Assembly (NCBI GenBank): GCA_023818695.1
Contig: JAMWCF010000004.1
Location: 1 to 50,271 of the forward strand
Source of the DNA: Candidatus Omnitrophota bacterium
Lineage (GTDB): Bacteria > Omnitrophota > Gorgyraeia > 1-14-0-20-64-10
Direction of reading: 5' to 3'
Length of the DNA: 50,271 bases
Shown here: piece by piece, positions 45,001-50,271 of the stretch
Position numbering within the stretch: position 1 is the first letter of the stretch
Layout: every line of letters starts with the position of its first letter
Program-made: the position numbers and the translations under genes
The notes under the pieces: generated by a model
The model's input: only the letters and a program-made list of their open reading frames with translations
What the model was told of the DNA's origin: nothing
Database searches by the model: none

Positions 45001-48000
45001 GCCCGGCATCCGCGGCCGCCCGGAACCGGGCAAAGGCATCCTGATACTTCCAGTTGGCCACGGCGACCGCCTGTCCGCTTTTCGACGACTGATCGGTGAA
45101 GGCCGCCTCCCGCGTGAGTCGCGCCTGTTCCACTTCCAGCAGCTGGACCTTGAACCCCCACAGAGCGGCCAGACGGCCGCGCACCGCTTTTTCCAGCGCG
45201 GCCCTTGCATCGACGGCCAACGGCTGGTTGTCGGTCAGGTACGGAATCTCCTGGGGCCCATCCAAGGCCACGAGGCCGGAGACCTGCGGAAGGAGCAGCC
45301 GCCCGAGTTTAGCCATCTCTTCCTGGAGCGACCTCTGTTCATCCAGCATCTTGATTCGGACGGCCGCTTTTTGCCTGGCCTCCACGAAAAATCCGATCGT
45401 GGAACCGTAGAAAGGGTCGGTCCGGGAAAGGCCGCTGAGCTGGGTGACCCACCCATCGAGGAAAATGATCAGAGCCTGTTCATGGCGTTTTTGGAGGTCG
45501 AAGAGCTCCAGCACCTCGGCCTGAATCTTTTTTTCCAACGCCGGCCGGCCAGCGGCAGCGGCCGCCCTGTGCTTGGAAACGAGATCCCGGATCTTCTCCA
45601 CCTGCAAGCGGATCTCCTGCTCCTGGGTGCCGGTCATCTTTTCATACTGCGGCAGAAACTGAACTGCCACATTTTTGTTGCCCTGACCGGCTAGGAGTTT
45701 GTAATGATCGGAGGCGGCCTGATGGAGCCGGTCAAACCGCTCCTGGTCCCACCCGAAGGTCAGCTGGAGCCGCTGGAGATCCAGCTGGGCCTGCAGGGTA
45801 TTCATCTGCTTCATGTAAGGCGGCAGGATGGAAAACGGATCGAACGCAACCGACCCGGCGTTCGGCATCACCATGGGCCGCAGAAACGGAGAGGGAAAGA
45901 GGACAGTGTTTGGGTTCTGCTGGAGCCAGAACTCCATCTGCGGCGAAACCGGCTGGGTCGGATCGTAAAAGAGAACGCGCGGAGCCACACCCGCGCCGGC
46001 CTGCTGGACCAGCGGCAGAGGGGCCGCGGGCAGGCCGCCCGGTGGGGGCGGCAGCAGGTCGATGACCGGCGGGGGGATTCCCAGCGTGTCTCCCGCAGCG
46101 GGATCGATCGTCCCGTCTGCCGTCAGGAAACCAACCCGGACGTAACGGTTCAATCCCTTGTCCAGGACCACCAGCTGGCCATAGGCGGCTGTGTGAGGCA
46201 GCAGATAGGCGGTTTCCCCGCGGTAAGTGGTGGTCAAAATCCCGTTGGCGTTCCGCTCGGTCCCTTTTGGAAGAGGAATCGCCTTCCCTTCGAAGGTCGG
46301 CACCCAGGTTTTCAAAGGATTGGCGGTCAGCGGCGGAAGCTGGGCGATCAAGGAGGGGGTCAGGGCGTAATCGGAGGCGCCGGCGTTCCGAATCGATCCG
46401 TCCCCCAGGATAAGCCCGACCGTACCGTAATTCCCCCAGAGGGGGTCCAGCGCCGCCAGCTGGCCGTAGGTCTGCGGATGCGGCAGAACATGAACGGTCT
46501 GCCCCTGATAGGTCCCCGTCAAGATCCCGCTGGGACCGGTTTTGGTTTCAAAAGGAAGGGTCAGCGGCCTGCCGTCTATCATTGGAACCCAGTTGGCGGC
46601 GGGGCTGGCTGGCAACGGCGGCAGATGCTCCAGCATAGCGGAGGTCACCTCCGATGCTTTCCCTCTGTCGGCTTTCAGCGAGCCATCCAGTTGAACGTAG
46701 GCCACCCTTGCATACTGCCCGGAGACCGGGTCGACGGCAACCAGCTGTCCGTAGGTGACCGAATCCGGCATCAGATAAGCGGTCTGTCCCTGATAAGTGG
46801 TCGTCAGAATCCCATGATGGCCCGGTCTGGTTTCAAACTGGAGATCGATCAGCCTGCCTTCCGCCGTCGCCGGCCTCCATCCCTCGTACGGATTGGCAGG
46901 AGGATCCGGTAGAAGGTTCAAGACCGCCGGGGAAACGTGGAACGGGATCTGACCCGGTGGAGCCAACGTTCCATCCCCCCGCAGGACCGCCACGATGGTG
47001 TATTCGTTCCAGACCGGGTCGATCGCCACCAGCTGACCGTACGTCAGGCCATGCGGCAGAAGATAAGCCGTCTGCCCCCGGTAGCTGGTGGTCAAAATCC
47101 CGTTGGGGCCTTCCTTGGTTGTGAACTGCAGCTTCATAGGGTTTCCCTCGGAATCGATCGGCTGCCAGCCCTCCATCGGGTTGGCCGGCGGCGGAGGCAG
47201 GGAGGCAAGGACTGCCGGAGGAATCTGGGTTTCGCTCAAAGAAATGCCAATTGTCCCATCCATTCGGATCAACGCGATCGATTCATACTCTCCCCAGATC
47301 GGGCTGACCCCGACGAGCTGGGCGTATCCCAGCGGATGAGGGACGATGTAAGCGGTCCTTCCCCGGTAGGTGGTGGTCAGGAAGCCGTTCGGTTCTGGTT
47401 CATTCTTGAATTGAAGTTTTATCTCCCTGCCGTCGACAGTGGGACGCCACCCCTCCGTCAGCCGGACCGGCGGGGTGGGAAGCTGTTTGAGGATGACGGG
47501 CGTGAGGCCATCCGTGTCCCCTTTCGCCGGCTGGAGAGAGCCATCTCCCATGATGTAAGCGGCGGCCGCGTACTCGTTGGTCCCTTTATCCACCACAACC
47601 AGCTGGCCATACCGGACCGGATAAGGCACCACGTAAGCGGTCTGCCCCTCGTAGGTGGTGGTCAGCAGCCCGTTGGGACCCGGCTTGGTTTCGAACTTCA
47701 ACGACAAAGGGACCAGCTCGGCATCGACCGGCACCCAGCCGGAAAGAGGGTTGGCCGGCGGAGACGGCAGGTTGGAAAGAACGTTTTCCGGAATCTCCGC
47801 CGGAGTCCCGGCACTCCAGCGCAGAGAGCCGTCGGCATTCAGATAAGCCACCCTCGCGTACTGCCCGGAGGCGGGGTCCACCGCCACCACTTGGCCATGG
47901 TAGCCGATTGCCGGGACGACGTAGCCGGTCCGGTGATCGGGCAGTTTCGTCGTCAGAACGTTGTCGGCGTTCGGTTCCGTCTTGAACTTCAACGGGATCG

Positions 48001-50113
48001 CTGCGCCGTCCGAGACAGGCCTCCATCCCTTCACCCAATCAGCCCGCGGTTCCGGAAGCTGGGCCAAAACATCCGGAGCGATGACACTCCCTTCCACCGG
48101 ATGGATCGACCCGTCCGCCCGGATGATCCCGACGGAGCGGTACCGGTTGGTCCCTGGATCGACAGCGGCCAGTTGACCGTAGCCGTTCTTCAGAGGAACC
48201 ACGTAGGCGGCGGCGTTGTTGTAGACGGTGGTCAAAAGCCCGTTGGGACCCGGCTTGGTTTCGAACTTCAGGGGAACAGGGACCCCTTCCCTGACGGTCG
48301 GCACCCAGCCGTTGAGCCAATTGGACGGCGGTGCAGGCAGTTTTGCCAGAACGTCGGCATCGGGCGGACCGCCGGAGTAAGAGCGCAGGGATCCATCCCT
48401 CAAAACCAGGGCCACCGCCCTGTATTGGTTGGTGCTTGAATCGACCGCGACCAACTGGCCGTAGCCGACCCGGATCGGCACGACAAAAGCGGTTCTTCCC
48501 TCGTAAGTCGTGGTCAGGTAACCGCTGGTGCTGGGAGCGGTCTTGAACTGCAGAGCGATCGGCCGGTCGTCCGAATCAACCGGCACCCAGCTCTTGACCG
48601 GGGTCGAGGTGACCGGATGGATGATCTCATCCGGAGGGGGAACACCCGGGCCGGGCCCGACCCCGACAAGGGGCCCTCCCAGATTGCCGCCCTGGAGTCC
48701 CGGAACGGTCTTCGGTTCCTCAACAATCTCTTTTTTCTGTTCCTCTTCTTTGACAGGCGGTTTCGCCTCGGCTTTATTCTGGACCGGCAGATCCACCGGC
48801 ATCCCGAGGTCAACAGGCCGTTCCGCCGGGTTGCCCAAAATCAGCTCGCCGGCCGGGTTGTCCGGCAGCTCCAAAATCTCTCCGGCGTTGCCCAACTGGA
48901 GCGTCGTCGATTCATCGGCAACGATCCCGTCCAGCTGGTCGCCTGTCGAAGAATGCATCACGGCGACGATCCCCAAGACGGCCACGGCAAGCCCTGCCGC
49001 GACGTAACCCAAACGCCGGAAGAACGGCGACCATCTGCCGCGGGCCGATTCCCGTCCCCTAGCGACCCCCTTCTCCCTGGCCTCCTCGGCCGCCTCCTCC
49101 ATCTGTTCCTTTAAGTCAACCTCCGCCCGCCTGTCCAGCACAGAGGCGATCACCGGAGCGATCTGCTGATCAGCCAGCAGAGGGGCCAAGTCTTCCGGCA
49201 GGCGGACAGCCACCTGCCCGTTGTACCACTGCAACTGCGTTTCAACCACCCGGATATTTTTTGGAGATCTCCCGAAGATATTGGCCCCATAGCCTGGGCT
49301 GTGGGAACCCAACAGAGCGACCGCTACGGTATATCCCGCTTCAGCCAGGGTCTTGGCCTGTTCAACGGCCGCTTCGCTGATCCCGATCGGATTGACCCGG
49401 CTCTTTAAATCATCCAGGCGCCGCTGGACCTCTCCGTCGTTCCCGTTCAGGTTCACGGCCCCTCCGGCTGAAGCCAGGCGGGCCTGCTGATCGAGGACCC
49501 TGGCCAAGTCTGGATAGAACGACTCGAAGACTATGGAAGAGAGGATTTCCAGATCGATTGTTGAACCCCACCGGGCCTTAATCTGCTTCTTCAACCGGCC
49601 GAAGGAGCCCTTTTCGACGGAGACGGCGCTGGTCCGGTCTATCTCCGACCGGATCTCATCCAGATAGGCGAAAAGGGCGCGGCCGAGTTCTTTGGAAGCG
49701 AGCCCCTGTTCCTCCCGGGCGTGGCGAAGCCATGTCAGGATGTTGGCCGCCATCTGCCGGGACCATCGTTCGGCCTGCTCGACGCGGCGGTCCATCTGCG
49801 CCGCCTCCTCCTGTCCATCGTCCCATTGGCCGAGGGAAAGGATCACCGCTTTTTTGAGTTTTTCATCCCGAAGCAGGATGAAATCCTTGTGGGCCCACCG
49901 GACGAACTCCGGCCCCAAGAAAGGGGCTTCCGGCAAAACGGCAGGGGCGTTGACGGTTCCCTTCAAGGCGGCATTCAGCTCCTCCAGCCCGCCCGACGGC
50001 TGTTCGGCCACCTGTGTGGCGCGCAAGGCATGGACTGGTGCCGGCTGAATCAACCCGAGAGCGACCGCCAGGATGGATGACCCTGTTTTTATAAAAACGT
50101 TCCTGACCCGCAC
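42029..50113 (-). CDS. Giant secreted/membrane protein (2694 aa) with internal TM, nine ~95-aa tandem repeats, helical region and C-terminal domain
   Basis: GTG start with GAGGGG RBS, signal peptide followed by ALR..GGLEE, TM LGYVAAGLAVAVLGIVAVM, repeats at ~46035-48595, AGLE motif before the last ~155 aa. Confidence 0.88.
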   Translation of the reverse strand: MRVRNVFIKTGSSILAVALGLIQPAPVHALRATQVAEQPSGGLEELNAALKGTVNAPAVLPEAPFLGPEFVRWAHKDFILLRDEKLKKAVILSLGQWDDGQEEAAQMDRRVEQAERWSRQMAANILTWLRHAREEQGLASKELGRALFAYLDEIRSEIDRTSAVSVEKGSFGRLKKQIKARWGSTIDLEILSSIVFESFYPDLARVLDQQARLASAGGAVNLNGNDGEVQRRLDDLKSRVNPIGISEAAVEQAKTLAEAGYTVAVALLGSHSPGYGANIFGRSPKNIRVVETQLQWYNGQVAVRLPEDLAPLLADQQIAPVIASVLDRRAEVDLKEQMEEAAEEAREKGVARGRESARGRWSPFFRRLGYVAAGLAVAVLGIVAVMHSSTGDQLDGIVADESTTLQLGNAGEILELPDNPAGELILGNPAERPVDLGMPVDLPVQNKAEAKPPVKEEEQKKEIVEEPKTVPGLQGGNLGGPLVGVGPGPGVPPPDEIIHPVTSTPVKSWVPVDSDDRPIALQFKTAPSTSGYLTTTYEGRTAFVVPIRVGYGQLVAVDSSTNQYRAVALVLRDGSLRSYSGGPPDADVLAKLPAPPSNWLNGWVPTVREGVPVPLKFETKPGPNGLLTTVYNNAAAYVVPLKNGYGQLAAVDPGTNRYRSVGIIRADGSIHPVEGSVIAPDVLAQLPEPRADWVKGWRPVSDGAAIPLKFKTEPNADNVLTTKLPDHRTGYVVPAIGYHGQVVAVDPASGQYARVAYLNADGSLRWSAGTPAEIPENVLSNLPSPPANPLSGWVPVDAELVPLSLKFETKPGPNGLLTTTYEGQTAYVVPYPVRYGQLVVVDKGTNEYAAAAYIMGDGSLQPAKGDTDGLTPVILKQLPTPPVRLTEGWRPTVDGREIKLQFKNEPEPNGFLTTTYRGRTAYIVPHPLGYAQLVGVSPIWGEYESIALIRMDGTIGISLSETQIPPAVLASLPPPPANPMEGWQPIDSEGNPMKLQFTTKEGPNGILTTSYRGQTAYLLPHGLTYGQLVAIDPVWNEYTIVAVLRGDGTLAPPGQIPFHVSPAVLNLLPDPPANPYEGWRPATAEGRLIDLQFETRPGHHGILTTTYQGQTAYLMPDSVTYGQLVAVDPVSGQYARVAYVQLDGSLKADRGKASEVTSAMLEHLPPLPASPAANWVPMIDGRPLTLPFETKTGPSGILTGTYQGQTVHVLPHPQTYGQLAALDPLWGNYGTVGLILGDGSIRNAGASDYALTPSLIAQLPPLTANPLKTWVPTFEGKAIPLPKGTERNANGILTTTYRGETAYLLPHTAAYGQLVVLDKGLNRYVRVGFLTADGTIDPAAGDTLGIPPPVIDLLPPPPGGLPAAPLPLVQQAGAGVAPRVLFYDPTQPVSPQMEFWLQQNPNTVLFPSPFLRPMVMPNAGSVAFDPFSILPPYMKQMNTLQAQLDLQRLQLTFGWDQERFDRLHQAASDHYKLLAGQGNKNVAVQFLPQYEKMTGTQEQEIRLQVEKIRDLVSKHRAAAAAGRPALEKKIQAEVLELFDLQKRHEQALIIFLDGWVTQLSGLSRTDPFYGSTIGFFVEARQKAAVRIKMLDEQRSLQEEMAKLGRLLLPQVSGLVALDGPQEIPYLTDNQPLAVDARAALEKAVRGRLAALWGFKVQLLEVEQARLTREAAFTDQSSKSGQAVAVANWKYQDAFARFRAAADAGQQQLALRDMRQASEEILQARKERQQLGQMSLVLSGQIPVVQALIDEAKARQAQAAVGPANPAAAAAAQKAVNTATIRVAQVRVDQMRAKLKIPPPRPLTATEARLYQLEVQADQLELSRRQGGLANLKLLDSLGLPLPASGTGTGDDPLQISDPVRARVLGLLEVHQGFVNINLAYKALVSQPIRISLAESELRDSKIAVQKALGEIQQIELAIDLALLEVSKAQSRLDQANAYLKEVLSRGGPGRPPASQKERIEAMGGVPFFTGRLSDARAGLQYQIGRLQEARRGLQYHLDRVRKSMEGTEYQAAVYLQLIQGAHSARDHYEQLAVTYVVGGILRAEFSATILGWEGLTPSVSPGVADPPPDAAKVVTASEQFFAQEKARLQSQIDQLQLQIRQGRMELTQQPMKGEVLVHSQDGFRLVEKVWRAQIDYKKAQIAVLDAGKDADKLKAAWAVANAAAIRETEAQIALVDFHQGDLTRGPHPVPFRRPGETGPGVEIIPAVREGMDLHIRQLETKKTRLRLLLADLKDRDSRGEPIPTLSSLPIPTPATASVLDPLLGVDPAAGAGGFGAGGVVRIHGKPGEVAPVSIDGAKTNQIWLVDPVFEGGDRWGRSMVFVKKDGVIRPVERVVQISGRLLHLKGRQTFNVYMTGPVGELVTGPFRLAPSGLFVDQRAIRLGIVINRDPENAARVLVPTHGLVGFQTFEDGLPVGLITQQVTLDEYNRKGPDGREAPITLQPIGKDARGRPIYGDFYRGGQVTYGEKGERIFGGKRDQQGPRLPEIYEQRGAAFIPKQQEVLVIVSEATGEAAVSLRSHPIQVPQPPAPTAGLEASTEWAGGVIRRFSEKWGIPLVEPEAVVQELRIVAVTPQIAQADPTLARLIGRPMTIGSAQIVIVPEEKKTMEDLLIGWMSRGFSVTIQEYGAESDTTLNLFKQKAEFLRFTLLERRPLEGQSFRSILRQLVANLAGVEPSVIPESELLEVEQALAVMA
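46035..48595 (-). repeat. Nine tandem intragenic ~285-bp (~95-aa) repeats
   Basis: Consensus W.P...G....L.F.T.PG.NG.LTTTY.G.TAY..P....YGQLVA.D.....Y..V.....DGS/T.......LP.PPANP. An identical stretch GCCCGTTGGGACCCGGCTTGGTTTCGAACTTCA occurs near 47670 and 48240. Confidence 0.9.
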
Positions 50114-50137
50114 CTGACCCCTCTTTAAAAGAAAGAA

Positions 50138-50271
50138 TTACGCGAGCGAATCCAGGTAGGCCTGCACTTTCTGGAAGTCGACCTTGAAATCCTCAATGTA
50201 GAAGACGATCCCCATCTCCTCCAGAATCCTCTTCATCACCTCGAACCCGACGTTCGGCCGAACATCGGTGA
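50138..50271 (-). CDS. 3' end of an upstream gene (partial)
   Basis: Open frame ...TDVRPNVGFEVMKRILEEMGIVFYIEDFKVDFQKVQAYLDSLA* with TAA at 50140-50138. Confidence 0.65.
   Translation of the reverse strand, partial: TDVRPNVGFEVMKRILEEMGIVFYIEDFKVDFQKVQAYLDSLA

Noticed and set aside
46035-48595. Diversity-generating retroelement template/variable repeat pair
   Set aside because: There is no reverse transcriptase in the window and the repeat differences are not adenine-specific; these are ordinary intragenic domain repeats.
42011-49114. Plus-strand ORFs of 360-500 aa opposite the 2694-aa gene
   Set aside because: They are antisense shadows with no recognisable domains; their periodicity mirrors the minus-strand repeats.

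Overview
GC-rich bacterial DNA with nearly all genes on the minus strand. The gene content (giant secreted repeat proteins, TMTC-like glycosyltransferase, secretin cluster, long coiled-coil proteins) resembles Ca. Omnitrophota/PVC bacteria, which is an inference. Reading right to left (direction of transcription): (1) the tail of one gene, then a 2694-aa secreted protein with nine ~95-aa repeats; (2) a carbohydrate operon with five paralogous CBM-like domains and GH18-like TIM barrels, followed by PDZ, HAMP and DxDxDG proteins, nagB and a DUF4954-like gene; (3) a TPR-gluzincin peptidase; (4) a minimal ExeA ATPase / GspC-PilP-like / secretin cluster followed by coiled-coil proteins and interrupted by a 277-bp MITE; (5) a plus-strand Ig/cadherin-like protein; (6) a surface glycosylation island (DUF2079, UbiA-family DPPR synthase, GT9, methyltransferase, TMTC-like); (7) an operon led by a c-di-GMP-I riboswitch. 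In that last operon the first gene is a RAYT/IS200-type HUH transposase with a degenerate active site, fused to a transmembrane helix and an extracytoplasmic domain. It is preceded by three phased 13-bp palindromes and translationally coupled, through a small gene, to a giant (>2000 aa) Ig-repeat surface protein that is missing from the ORF track. This apparently domesticated, membrane-anchored transposase module is the best candidate for an undescribed system. All family assignments come from motif recognition by eye; no database searches were run.
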